A stretch of DNA of 64,000 nucleotides from Lytechinus pictus (Eukaryota): contig NC_087251.1 in assembly GCF_037042905.1 (NCBI RefSeq), forward strand, positions 1,674,001 to 1,738,000, written 5' to 3'. Below, piece after piece: positions 51,801 through 63,090 of the stretch (positions are counted from its first letter, which is position 1; every line of letters begins with the position of its first letter). The notes under the pieces were generated by a model that ran no database searches, was not told the DNA's origin, and saw only the letters and a program-made list of their open reading frames with translations. A program made the translations under genes and the position numbers.

Positions 51801-51981
51801 TGGGCTTTTCAGGCTCAGTGAGTAAAACTGACTGGCATCCCTGATTAATATTATTAATAATATTTGTGCATTACATTTTCCCCCTATTTCACAGGTGTAT
51901 GGCCCCCTATACAAATATGTAACAGCTAATAAAGCAAGTACCAAACCAAGAGGAACTCAAGCCGAGAAAAAGACCAAATAA
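36882..51981 (+). CDS. ATL: Atlastin, ER membrane-fusion dynamin-like GTPase (~528 aa)
   Basis: GT-AG exons join in frame: 36877(ATG 36882)-37109, 37624-37758, 39239-39343, 43765-43878, 44930-45022, 45581-45716, 46065-46192, 49631-49687, 50080-50151, 50601-51032, 51895-51981 (TAA). Motifs: P-loop [28 protein letters not shown], two TM helices and C-terminal KKTK (KKxx). An upstream first exon is required but not securely located. Confidence 0.96.
39687..42626 (-). CDS. LINE ORF2: APE endonuclease plus reverse transcriptase (979 aa)
   Basis: EN motifs HINIRSL, GLSEVW, GDFN, IDHI, SDHFPV. RT motifs [38 protein letters not shown]. Confidence 0.93.
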   Translation of the reverse strand: MDDTNISYELLPCNIDKVLNFETSLSLKLTHINIRSLVKNIDNLRLLYEDSMNTKFDIIGLSEVWNASNTSVLNLQGYTLEVDGRKDDLRGGGVGAYIKSNLKYTRLSYDIAHAESLWLQVNITDELKIIIAVIYRKPNTNVKEFQDSLLDILQTIKVDKRKCVLLGDFNVNILSIEDIADDFTSSLQCVGLEQLIKSPTRVTKDSSTLIDHIYSNVDTVETHSGVIHTDISDHFPVFVVFKNMAKLCSNQKKITYRCYRKFNIEQFKEDLSVFNWEEVLNCHDVNIAYSTFCKSFSYICNKHAPMKTKQIGKKKDIKKKVWITTGIIKSIRVKQKLYAKVLKTNYNEDIVKKYKKYRNLLTTILKNAKRTYYTNLLYENRCNTSKTWEITNELLVGKKKNSRVVEVDRLIKKVNGDNNLITSINDIVNEFNNYFVNIGPNLADTLPNENVSHRRYLGARVNNSLFWKPVTEDEVFNHLVTLDEKKACGHDNLPARLLRDSAVYISGVLAYIFNLSLECGRVPDEMKIAKVTPIHKKGPKDEPGNYRPISVLPVLGKVFEKVANGRLVQFLETNNAFYHHQYGFRKKYSTKLSLINLSNTLLKAIDESKATLGIFIDFKKAFDTINHNVLINKLSHYGIRGLPLKWFEDYLRGRYQFVQYEETVSKKMEITCGVPQGSVLGPTLFLLYINDLPSVSNYFNFRLFADDSNLFHTFPAGQDEIDVNEVNININKIQEWCVANKLTINSMKTKFMLIGSRRKNIRLAGKLEIAGEEIEEVNEATFVGITIDKHLTWKNHIRIVNSCIRKRVGIIFRLRHFVPKYTLVLLYKAFIEPHITYGIEVWGSTYKSSLNCIFYTQKMAVRAITFSEWRAHTRVLFQNLKILNVFEMHNLSICTFMYDLGNNNLPHSLVDYCDVIEHRYPTRQKEGRQVHLPKLRTTQGQFSLSFLGSDYWNNVPLAIKLKVSRNDFRNSLRNHLLNQ
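42679..43428 (-). CDS. LINE ORF1 (coiled coil plus L1-ORF1-like RRM/CTD); true start uncertain
   Basis: [22 protein letters not shown] and VYINEDIT are typical CR1/L2 ORF1 motifs. It lies directly upstream of ORF2. Confidence 0.8.
   Translation of the reverse strand: MLIMHYSACNNKHPLYFHSLTCEQALIADLLTSAVRAAVEAAIPAIIMAVKDVCLSAVKEEVNPHLLRLQYKQDELAQQLRRDNLRITGVKEEEETEEESEQGAKEEESEEKLKSKVIQCAAKVGVTIKKEDLSTCHRIGRKSEGKVRQILVRLVSRSKRDAIHAGRFKLKGDSSMDGVYINEDITPMRFAVLKTAKASPLVKRVSTQNGNIVCKLTDDSYKTIASPDDLFDIGLDTINYQNFKLHYME
46649..48649. mobile_element. Non-autonomous DNA transposon, CAG ends, 4-bp TSD (copy 2)
   Basis: Same TIRs as 30739-32150, with TSD GGGT. Confidence 0.9.
47046..47980. mobile_element. 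Kolobok-like non-autonomous element nested in copy 2
   Basis: 15-bp TIR GGACGTTCCACAGTT / AACTGTGGAACGTCC with TTAA duplicated. Copy 1 shows the empty site GGTTTAATCGGG. Confidence 0.88.
48744..49474. mobile_element. piggyBac-like MITE
   Basis: TTAA|CCCTAAATAGACTGGG ... CCCAGTCTTTTTAGGG|TTAA. Confidence 0.85.
51709..51843. mobile_element. 135-bp hAT-like MITE
   Basis: CAGAGATGCCAGTC / GACTGGCATCCCTG flanked by ATTAAT on both sides, with internal TCAGGCT repeats. Confidence 0.7.
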
Positions 51982-54900
51982 AACTTTCAACAAGCCATAT
52001 GCTCTTTCTTTAAACACTCTTCTGTTTGGATGTTCAAATCAGCTTTGCTCCTCAAGGAAATGACAGCAACTTATTACTTTACACTATGTTGATGCATCAC
52101 TTAAAAGCTGAAGGAATGTGACACTGTCTTCATGATAATGATGACAGATATACAATGAAATGACTAGATTGGAACATATTAGGTGGATATGAAAGTACTT
52201 GGATCACTACTGAATGATTGTGGAACATGTGGGACTACAACATCAGAAGTGAAGGAGATGACAGTACTTGGGTGATACACCGATATGATAATCAAGGACT
52301 GAACTGAATTAATTGCTTCTCCATGAATATATGTATGGATGGTGCAACGTCAATGGATCTTTTCAGTGCGTTATTAACAACATGTCTGTGATTACAAGAC
52401 TAATCCATGAACATATGTGCTTGTGACCTTACTATGACTTCTCAATTTGCAATATCTGGGAGATGACAAGTTTGATACAGCAAGCAACTGAAATTAAAAG
52501 TTATGAGTGGATAGTTCTCTATTTGTTTGCTGCTGAAAAAATACCAAATGTCATTTTGTGTTGTTTGTGTACTTTCTGTGCTTTTGTTTTATTTTTGATC
52601 AAGTCAATAATTAATTGACTTTGCATCTCACCATTTCAAATGCAATTATTAGGAATAGAATATGAAATTAATGAAAGGTATAAAAACAAATTCACATTGA
52701 CTGCAACATTTGATTTTAGATAATTTCTAGTCGAGGTAACAATGATTCATGTCTATGAATGTCACTCAATATTGATGAAAATAAAGTCATAATTTATTTC
52801 TTTATTATCATGCATCAGCAATGATTTCTGAAAGATGCAACTGTTGTAACTGCTTGCACATTCATTCTGAGAACTTTGCACAAAATGCACATGAATGATG
52901 TAGGACCTCGATGTTGTAAGAAAATTTGATTTTTTTTTGTAATTTTCCCTATTTGAATCACATCCTTCCAACCTCTGCAAACTTGCTTTGCCTAGTGAAA
53001 ACTGAGGAATACAAAGAAACAAATAGTTTAAAGGGATTGAATGAATAACTGATCAATAATAGCATAATGTGATCATTGAATGTAGTAATCTTAAGCTGCC
53101 ATTCATCTCCAGTCAATGTACAATTATCCAGACCAGTGTAGTATTACAACTACAATTTATATTATTTCCAAGATTTTCATTGGGCAAGTATAGCCATCAT
53201 TTGCATTGATATGTTTGATAATATATTACCTCTTGAGCATAGATATATACTTAATAATATCTGTATGAATTATTCAGAAAAGAGATTATTTCCTCTTTCC
53301 CCTGCCCCCATAGCAAAATGCATGAGTATTCATTCTGGAATCAGGGATAAAGCCAGTGGTTTGTTAGATTTCATAAAGTTTGGAATTTGATACGGAATAT
53401 GATGATGACAAGTCTACTTATGGTACCCAATGATTACTTGACCCGGTTATATATTATGCAGATGTCAGTGTCGTGGATATGGTGTATTGATTTCTTTCTT
53501 TAACTTTCGTTCAAATATTTTAGTCAAGATAGTTTTATTTTCAAAATTAGTTTAAAGTTTTTTCATTTTCTTCAGGATAAATTGAAGGATAAGTTTCATG
53601 CAATATCCTGAATTCTAGCTTGATGATATTTTGTCTTGAAGGTCTCAGTTTACTAAAATTTGTGTGTACATAGATCACGCCATGGAAATTAGAGAATCAG
53701 ACCACATTCTTCATTCACATTTTCATAGTGCATAGGAAATAACAGGGTGATGGGTGACTTTACTCTTTGCTAGCCCCTAACAAAAATAAAAGAATTGCCC
53801 CAAGACTGAAAAAGAAAGGGGCTATTTCAAATAATCACTGAATTTCAATCCTGTAAGGTACTCAAGTGGAAAGGGGGATATATTTTAAACTGACAAAGTT
53901 CAACTTACATGACTTTACAAAGAAACTGTACTACTGGAAATGAAAGAGAATCTTTGTTGTGTTTTATTAATCTTAAGATGATACATTCCTTAGATAATGT
54001 AAATCAATTTTTATCATTACCTGGTCTACATATATAGTTAATAATTTAAAATATGATTCATTCCTTCGAGAGGTTAACAATCTTTAAAATCTCATTTAAT
54101 AATCTGTTTGAGTTGATTAAACACCACTGGGTCCTTTTTAATGCTTTTGAGTTTGGCAAATATTTATTTTTGATTGATCCTTATTAGTATGAAAAATCAC
54201 ATTTAAATGAATCTTTATTGTAAACCATTCTCATTATCATCCAAGTAGCTTTCTTCTTTCATTTAGATCTCAATATTACATTAAAAACAAATGTTTAAAA
54301 TATTCATTTATGCCTATTGAAAATGACTCCCATCAGCTCTCTTTTCATATTAAAGATATCTATTTAAAAAAATTGGTCAAATGAAGACCTTTTTTATTTT
54401 TGGGAGTGAATTCACACTGTATGCTATGTCAATATTACTTATTTTATCAGTCTAATATATTTGGTTACGGTGTTGCAATAAAATTGCATGTCATGAATGT
54501 GAAAATATATATGGTCTAGAAAGTGTGATCAATCGAACAGATCACTAAACATATTATGGAAGAAAGCAAGAATCATATATACTGAACAAATTGTGTGTTT
54601 TTTTCTTGCCAACCAGTGCTATGATTAAAAATGTCAATGACTGGATATCTGCATTCAGACAAAGATTTTTTTTTTTTACTGCAGCTCAGGATTTGTCATC
54701 ATTGTTGCTTTTGTGGAGATGTTTACAGTATTTTTGGCTGTGAATAGCTTCAATATTGAAAGATCATTATTTTGGGATAGTTCTTCACCTTTCTCTCTAT
54801 ATAATTCCCCTTCATGCCCCATTTTTCCAACCTTACATGAGCAGATCTTGTGAAAGAGCAATATGAATCACTACTTTATTGAATGTAACATTTGGTCTTT

Positions 54901-55004
54901 GTGTGTAAAATACATCATTAATCGATATAGTACAAGATAGTATAAACAGTGAAAACCTGTGTGTTGAGACATTGATGCAGAAATACATGTGTGTCAGTGT
55001 GTAA

Positions 55005-55157
55005 TACCTCGGTCACATTTGCTCTACGGCGGCCTGCAGCGAGTCGAAAACAGCTGTTTTATTCAAACCACCTACAGTATAGCTGGTACAAAAACATGTT
55101 AAAACGGCTGTTTTCGACTCGCAGTATGGCCACCGTAAAGTAAATGTGACCGAGGTA
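55005..55157. mobile_element. Hairpin MITE downstream of the atlastin stop codon
   Basis: Arms of about 55 bp: TACCTCGGTCACATTT...GCGAGTCGAAAACAGC / GCTGTTTTCGACTCGC...AAATGTGACCGAGGTA. Confidence 0.75.
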
Positions 55158-56853
55158 TTCGACATTGGTATACAAATGGCACCAATGTCAATGCTTTTAA
55201 GACACTAGTGTTCAGTGGCACCTGTGTATACCGGTACTAATATTGGTGTACAATGACATGTGTGAAGACCACACGAAGGAGGTATGTGGACATAATCATT
55301 AATGTATGCTCTTGATTCAATAAGAAATTGTATTCAAGGATCACTTAGCCAGGTTTTCATGTACATGTGCTTCTATTCTAAGTGGAGTTCAGCAGCTATG
55401 GATATGTGGGTGAAATCTATACTTTTCAGATGGATGTAAACCAACTTGCCCAACTTCACCTTTGTATTCCTTCTAATCATTAGGACCCAGTTTCATACAT
55501 CATGTCATTGATAGCAGATGCTAGAAATTCACCTGCCCCTGTCCAGTCAAATTATATTAGTTTCAGTAGCTGTTAGCAATGACTTGTAACTAATGAGGTC
55601 TATTACACTGGGCCAGTATTTATATAATTACAAATAATTGATAACTGATTTGTAATTTACCCATACACTTGTGGTGTGGAGATTCAAGCTTGAAACGTAT
55701 TGGGGGGGGGGGGGTTGATGTACTGTGTCATTCTCCCCCCCCCCCCATTTGAATAGAGTGATTTCATGAATTTCTACTCTTGAACCCATGACTTTCACAC
55801 ATTATCTTGATGGTAAAAGGTTACCCACTGCAAGAATGTAATATAGAAAAAAGTACAATTTGGTGTCATTCATTTTTTAATGAAATCCTTTCTACTGCAC
55901 TTTATACATGTGACTTTCCACATTCAGTTTTGTACCAGTGATGAAACAGATTATATACAAGTCGGTCACTTCTCCATATTAAGCATCCCATTTTCTGTCT
56001 GAAAATGATTTATACTTTTTCCTTAAAAAAAAAAAACCCATTAATTTTATGACACATTCCATAGAGGGCTAATGTTGGAAACAATTGTGTTTGTTTGTTT
56101 GTAGTAATAATGATTTTTCAGAGCATATTTTAATGCTTAGCCAAAACTGAAAAAAAATGAATTTATAACTTGTAGAAGTGCATCAAAAATGGTAATAATA
56201 ATGTTGCCCCAATTCTATAAATATACTGTTACTTACATGATGTGGGTGTATTAAAAAATATATATGTTTAATATGCTATATGTTGTCATTGATGTGACTT
56301 TATAATAAGATTATATGGATGAAGTGGGGGGAAAACAGTTCATAAAACTTTATCATGAACATTTGGATGTGGAGTATAAAAATGTCAATTGGTCATTGTT
56401 TTATTATGAAGCTTTCAATCAACTAAAAACAAACCTGAATTCATTGTCTATGAATAATAAACCATTACAAATTCAAATGGGGTTTCTTGCTTCTTAACTT
56501 ATGATTGTGTATCTTTGTGAAGTAATTTTAAGGGTGTGTTAAGGGGGGGGGGTCCTGGGGTAGGGGGCATACCCCCTACAAAAAAAGCTGTTCTTACAAG
56601 AAAAAAAAATCAGCAGCTTCATTGGATGAGTAAATTAATTCTATATTGATTTGGTTTGACTCACACTAAAATGTATTGTATTAATGCAATGGGGAAAATA
56701 TAAATCATTTTCTAGTGAGGAGGGGGGGGGGGAGCTAATTGAGTTTGATAACATGCATTTCCAAAGGGTGAGCATTAATCAGATTATGACATTTACAAAA
56801 AAATATATATATAATTGGAGGTGACAACTCTGATAGCATAGCTTTGTAGCCAG

Positions 56854-57153
56854 CACTGGCGAATCCAGGGGGGGGGGGGCACACCCAGCCCGTGCTCCCC
56901 TTTTGAGAGACGCAATTAAAATTTGTATTGTAAAAATGCCGTTAAAACTTAAAGTGTGCCCCCTCCCTTTCTAAAAGTGAAGGCCTTTTTTTTCTTTTCT
57001 TTTTTGCTTGTCAAATTTTATCGTGGACGAAATCCCCTTAATTTTGGTTGAAATTCTTTTTTATTTGTATTTGTTTTTTTGCTTGTCAAAGTTTTCCTCG
57101 GGGAAAACGTGCCCCCCCCCCCCCCCTTTCCAAAAATCCTGGATCTGCCCCTG
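56854..57153. mobile_element. hAT-like MITE with poly-G/poly-C tracts
   Basis: CACTGGCGAATCCAGG / CCTGGATCTGCCCCTG. The TSD is not clean. Confidence 0.6.
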
Positions 57154-57460
57154 GTACTGCATGGTAGCCAGTGTACCATACAAAATAAACAACAGGAGAG
57201 ATAACTGAGATAATTGAGACTAATTTAAAGTACATGTATGCGTGCCATCTGTTCTATGTTTATATTCACACTATTATACACGTAGGTTTAGTCAGAATAC
57301 TGTCGGGGCAGGTTTCTGCACTTAACACCACTCTGGTTTCTGTAAGGTGCGTTGATATGTTTTTAATGTGGATATAATGGCCAATAATGCTTATTTCATT
57401 TTTGCAATTTATTTGTGGTAAAAATAATAGCTAAAGTGAAAATAGGAATGGACAGGGAGT

Positions 57461-57710
57461 GGGCGCGTCGTACGTGGTCTAGTGGTTCTGACTCTCGCCT
57501 TTCAAACAGAGGGTCGTGGGTTCAAATCCTAGCCGTGGTGTACGTGTTGCATATGCACTCAACCCAGGTGAGGTAAATGGTACTGGCAGGAAATAATTCC
57601 TCTAAAAGCTGTGTGCACCTGAATCGGTAGCCTATCTTAGCCGGGTATAGCAGCTAGGGCCCGCTGGGCCCAGTTTTCGAAACTGAAGTGGATACCCTGG
57701 GGAAATATGC
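57461..57710 (+). mobile_element. tRNA-derived SINE
   Basis: A box TGGTCTAGTGG (57475), B box GGTTCAAATCC (57519), and body CTCAACCCAGGTGAGGTAAATGG. Confidence 0.75.
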
Positions 57711-57931
57711 TGATATTAGTTCCCTAGGCAATTGATTATAAACAAATGAAAATTGTCCCTAATTCTGAGGGGGAAAAGGACCTTTTGGGGACTTTGCTGC
57801 CCGGCTGTGCTGATTCGAAAGGTATACTTGCCCTCCATCCCTTCTTCCCCCTTCGCAACCGACCACCCCCCCCCCCCCCCCCGCCCCAAAGAAGGACCTC
57901 TTCCCAGAGGCCGATGCATTGGATATAATAC

Positions 57932-60900
57932 TGTGGCGTAACCGAGCTCTGTTGGGGTAGCGTTCTGCCGTCTCGCAGTCTCTAGAACCCGGTCCACGCT
58001 GTTCTTCACTCATTCAATTGTTTTGGGGGGCAGATTCTCTCACAAAAGTCTATTGTATAACGTGGTACACTCTCTTCCTCTCAGACCTCTCTGAAATACA
58101 TCGAATCAAGCACTATAACACTCACCTTATAAAGAAAGCACAGTGGAAAGATCTAGTGTACGGTGTAAGTCTTAGTTTAATATCGGGAGCTACTATTTAC
58201 AACTGCACGTCATCACAGCTCCGAGCGAACTGACGTACTTTTCCATACCAAGTATCACAACATAAAAATATCGCCCTCTACGATCAACTATGAAATACAT
58301 CTTAAACGTATAACTCATTATGCTACACAGCCCCTCCCCAAGTCTGGGCTGTCCTCGGACCAGGTATATTAACAACAAAGCATAAAAAATGAATTTCTTT
58401 AAATGTTATCTCGCTCTTCCCAAGAACAGAAGTATAGAAAACATTAAAACATCGTTAAAAATATACAGGTATATACATTGGCATAGTACATAAAGGAAGT
58501 ACCGTTCTTACATTAACAACCAAAATAATCTATATACAGAAATAGATAGAAAGAGTAAAGAGAGTAGCATTGAGATCAGGAAAATGTCAAGATGAGAATT
58601 ACATAAGAAAGGTTAGAAAATAGGAAAAGGAAAACATGGAAGCAACAAAAAATAAAGCATACATCAAGGCATAAAACAACATTTTGAATACAAAATCAAA
58701 TGCATCAGAGTCTTTTACTGTTTCTGGCACAAAGTTATAGCGAAAGTTATGTCCAATATCTATTCTGCGGATTGAAGTGCTAGAGGATTTCTTCTTGGGG
58801 GTTTCTTCAAGGCGCATGTCTAGAACTACTTTTCATCATCTCGATCTCTCTCTATAAAGACTTCTTTGGAGGCCAAGGCGTTACCCTGTCGTAACAATCA
58901 GCGGATGTGCATCCAACGCAATTCCTTCGAACTATCTATCTGAAGACCAACATCACATACCAGGTTACATTCCGACCTTGGTCACACTCCTACTTCCTGT
59001 AGAGTATGTCTTGCTTCATCTCTAGCTGTGCATCCTCCAATAGGACTTCTCCACACTAGACTTTGAAGCCACCGTTGACCAATCGGGCCGGTCGACTGAC
59101 TGATGCTCTGCTTCCAAGATCTACCTGATCGAAGGTTCTTTCTGTTGGTATCTGCTCATTGCTGATGTCAAGTTCCACGGTAACCACCCTTGCCTCTGCA
59201 AAGATCCAACCAAGTGCCCGATGATCCGTCTTGATCTCCGCCCATAGAAGTTCTGTTGCAGCTCCGAAATACTACCATGGCCCATGACTCCTTTTGAGCC
59301 CCATAGTAGTTTTTTCTCTGCTTTCTGAATGCAGTACCCCACTAGCATAGGATATGACTTGCTCCTTCCCAACATAGGACACTTCCAGTTCCCTCGTTGC
59401 TAGTATCTGCATATCCAACAAGTACTTCTCTTCGACGTTCAGAGATCCCCATCTCCATGCTGCACTTATCCTGCAAGGAATTTCAGATCCATTCTTCATA
59501 GCCACTCGTCGTAGGCGCTATACATTTACATGTATAGGCGCTATCCACGCTGTCGTCTACACACCGTCTCAATAGGCGCTATTCACCCACGTGTATAGGC
59601 GCTATCTCCGCCACACACACTCAAGGCGCCATCTCCGCCACACAAACTCAAGGCGCTCTTCACCAACGTGTGTAGGCACTATCTCCGCCACACACACCCA
59701 GGGCGCTATTCACCAACGTGTGTAGGCACTACCTCCGCCACACACACCCAGGGCGCTATTCACCAACGTGTGTAGGCACTATCTCCGCCACACACATCCA
59801 GGGCGCTATTCACCAACGTGTGTAGGCACTATCTCCGCCACACACACCCAGGGCGCTATTCACCAACGTGTGTAGGCACTATCTCCGCCACACACATCCA
59901 GGGCGCTATTCACCAACGCGTGTAGGAGCTACCTCTGCCACGCACACTCAGGGCGCTATTCACCAACGTGTGTAAGCACTATCTCCGCCACACTCATCCA
60001 GGGCGCTATTCACCAACGTGTGTAGGCACTATCTCCGCCACACACACCCAGGGCGCCATTCACCAACGTGTGTAGGAGCTACCTCCGCCACGCACACTCA
60101 GGGCGCTATTCACCAACGTGTGTAGGCACTATCTCCGCCACACACACCCAGGGCGCTATTCACCAACGTGTGTAGGCACTATCTCCGCCACACACACCCA
60201 GGGCGCTATTCACCAACGTGTGTAGGCACTATCTCTTCTTGCCTCTCTCCAGGCTCCCTTCCTCTGCGCTGTCCACGCTGTCGCCAACACACACACTCCG
60301 GGTGCTATTCACCATGTGCATCGGCGCTCTCTTCTTGCCTCTCTCCAGGCTCCCTTCCTCTGCGCTATCCACGCTGTCGCCAACACACACACTCCTGGTG
60401 CTATTCACCAACGTGCATAGGCGCTCTCTTCTTGCCTCTCTCCAGGCACCCTTCCTCGGCTCTCTTTACCCCTCTCTCCTGGCGATCTTCATAGGAGATA
60501 TACGTGGCGCTCCCTGTAATACAGGCGCCTAAGTTGTCTAAGCTTCCAATACCACGTTGTTCAATCCCACCGCGGCCACCAGTGTGGCGTAACCGAGCTC
60601 TGTTGGGGTAGCGTTCTGCCGTCTCGCAGTCTCTAGAACCCGGTCCACGCTGTTCTTCACTCATTCAATTGTTTTGGGGGGCAGATTCTCTCACAAAAGT
60701 CTATTGTATAACGTGGTACACTCTCTTCCTCTCAGACCTCTCTGAAATACATCGAATCAAGCACTATAACACTCACCTTATAAAGAAAGCACAGTGGAAA
60801 GATCTAGTGTACGGTGTAAGTCTTAGTTTAATATCGGGAGCTACTATTTACAACTGCACGTCATCACAGCTCCGAGCGAACTGACGTACTTTTCCATACC

Positions 60901-60978
60901 AAGTATCACAACATAAAAATATCGCCCTCTACGATCAACTATGAAATACATCTTAAACGTATAACTCATTATGCTACA
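57932..60978 (-). mobile_element. Young non-autonomous gypsy-type LTR retrotransposon (3047 bp)
   Basis: 396-bp TG...CA LTRs at 57932-58327 and 60583-60978 show no difference by eye. 4-bp TSD ATAC. Minus-strand PBS TGGTGGCCGCGGTGGGAT (tRNA-Leu-like) and PPT GGGGAGGGG. Only a decayed RNase H-like remnant remains (KEQVISYASGVL..., ~59200-59400). Confidence 0.92.
59651..60235. repeat. 50-bp tandem array (~12 units) inside the LTR element
   Basis: GGGCGCTATTCACCAACGTGTGTAGGCACTATCTCCGCCACACACACCCA recurs at 59701, 59751, ... 60201. Confidence 0.95.
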
Positions 60979-61148
60979 ATACGATACGTAGGCTCGCGCC
61001 AGAGTATCTCGACCGAGCATCTCGAGGCTGCGCGCCGGTGCTGGGCCGGACTAGACTCGACTCCGGAGAACCGCTCAGCTAGATCTGCTCTTGATCTTCT
61101 CAGGAATCTCAGCTCAAGATCCGCGTTCACAAATTTGCAAGTTATTAA

Positions 61149-63055
61149 GGCATAATCGTGATATAGTCCCCAAATCCAAAAGTGGGGATTATTAGAATCA
61201 CACCTACCAGAACGCATGAAAATCACTTCCTTTCTCCAGAACACAGTCCCCAACTCTCGCACAACTCTGTGGCAAAATGATAACACACACAAATGAAACA
61301 CTCACTGTACGGTATATAAACACTAGGGTTCTCTCCCTATTATATACTCGTGATCCAGTCCCCACTCAATGGGAAATCCAGTTTGATTTTCACGGCGGTG
61401 GGGACAGTTCCAACAGTATATATACTCGTGATCCAGTCCCCACTCAATGGGAAATCCAGTTTGATTTTCACGGCGGTGGGGACAGTTCCAACAGTATTCA
61501 TACTCGTGATACCGTCCCCTCACAACATAAAATCGTGCTCGTTCAACAAGGGGATATGGGGACAGTTTCCTGATGCATTGTGACAAGGATAAAACATCTT
61601 AGGGTATGGCTGCGGAAGCTGATGAGGGAGGGGGGGGGGGGGGACTTCAGCCCCTACCTTCTTCCAAAACATTGTGAATCCTTCTGAACTAAAATCCTAT
61701 AGAAATGCCTTCATATATAGCATAAAAGTGCAGTCTTTTTTCCAGACCCGGTTAATTAAAAATTGTAATATAAGTTAAAAGTCTTTTTTTCTAGACCCGG
61801 TTAATTAAAAATTATAATATAAGTCCAAAGTCTTTTTTTCCAGACCCGGTTGTTTCAAAAATTATCATATAAGTCCAAACTAAGATACCATAATGATATT
61901 CCAGTGGAATAAAAATTAAAAATCGAGTTTAGTCTTTTCTCCAAACCCTGTTATTCCAAAATTATAAATAATAATACAACAACAACAACAACAACGTTAT
62001 TCTACATCAATAATATTAGGGGGCCTTGGTTAATTAATGTTGTTTGTTTGTTTTTATTGTTTCTCGTGATTTCCTATTTTGAAATAACTGGAGCAAAGAC
62101 TACACCATATTTCCGTGCTATTCAATGTTGATAAGATTGCAGGGTTTTTGTTTTGTTGTGTTTTTAACAATTTTTATAACTGGGTCTGGAGGAAAGACTT
62201 CGCTATATTTCCATGTTATTTAACAATAATAAGAGATTGGGGATCTTTATTACTTTTTTACTCTTTGAGAAATGATTTGTAAAAGTGGGTCTGGAAAAAG
62301 ACTTTGAACTTATATTATAATTTTAACAACCGGGTCTGGAAAAAAAGACTTTGAACTTATATTACAATTTTTAATTAACCGGGTCTGGAAAAAAGACTTT
62401 GCACTTTTATGTTATGTGAAGGCATTTCTATAGCCTTTTAGTTCAGAAGGATTCACAATGTTTTGGAAAAAGGTAGGGGCTGAAGTCCCCCCCCCCCCCC
62501 TCCCTCAGCTTCCGCAGCCATACCCTAAGATGTTTTATCCTTGTCACTATGCATCGGGAAACTGTCCCCATCCCATTGTTGAACGGGCACGATTTTATGT
62601 TGTGAGGGGACGGTATCACGAGTATGAATACTGTTGGAGCTATCCCCACCGCCGTGAAAATCAAACTGGATTTCCCATTGAGTGGGGACTGGATCACGAG
62701 TATACTATACTGTTGGAACTGTCCCCACCGCCGTGAAAATCAAACTGGATTTCCCATTGAGTGGGGACTGGATCACGAGTATATATACTGTTGGAACTGT
62801 CCCCACCGCCGTGAAAATCAAACTGGATTTCCCATTGAGTGGGGACTGGATCACGAGTATATAATAGGGAGAGAACCCTAGTGTTTATATACCGTACAGT
62901 GTGTGTTTCATTTGTGTGTGTTATCATTTTGCCACAGAGTTGTGCGAGAGTTGGGGACTGTGTTCTGGAGAAAGGAAGTGATTTTCATGCGTTCTGGTAG
63001 GTGTGATTCTAATAATCCCCACTTTTGGATTTGGGGACTATATCACGATTATGCC
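61149..63055. mobile_element. Foldback DNA transposon (Merlin- or MuDR-like), ~700-bp TIRs containing tandem repeats
   Basis: Ends GGCATAATCGTGATATAGTCCCC / GGGGACTATATCACGATTATGCC with 8-bp TSD GTTATTAA. The arms contain 78-bp and ~48-bp internal repeats. No ORF. Confidence 0.88.
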
Positions 63056-63090
63056 GTTATTAACAGGTTCCGGAACAACACAGACCTTAA

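Noticed and set aside
57932..58327. Hammerhead ribozyme (retrozyme) in the LTRs
   Set aside because: No CTGANGA...GAAA core with flanking stems was found on either strand by eye.
59651..60235. CRISPR-like regular array
   Set aside because: The units are contiguous near-identical tandem repeats with no unique spacers, no cas genes are present, and the context is a eukaryotic LTR element.
61277..62927. Mirror-image ORFs with 26-aa repeats
   Set aside because: These are translations of the 78-bp repeats in the inverted arms, with no recognisable domain.
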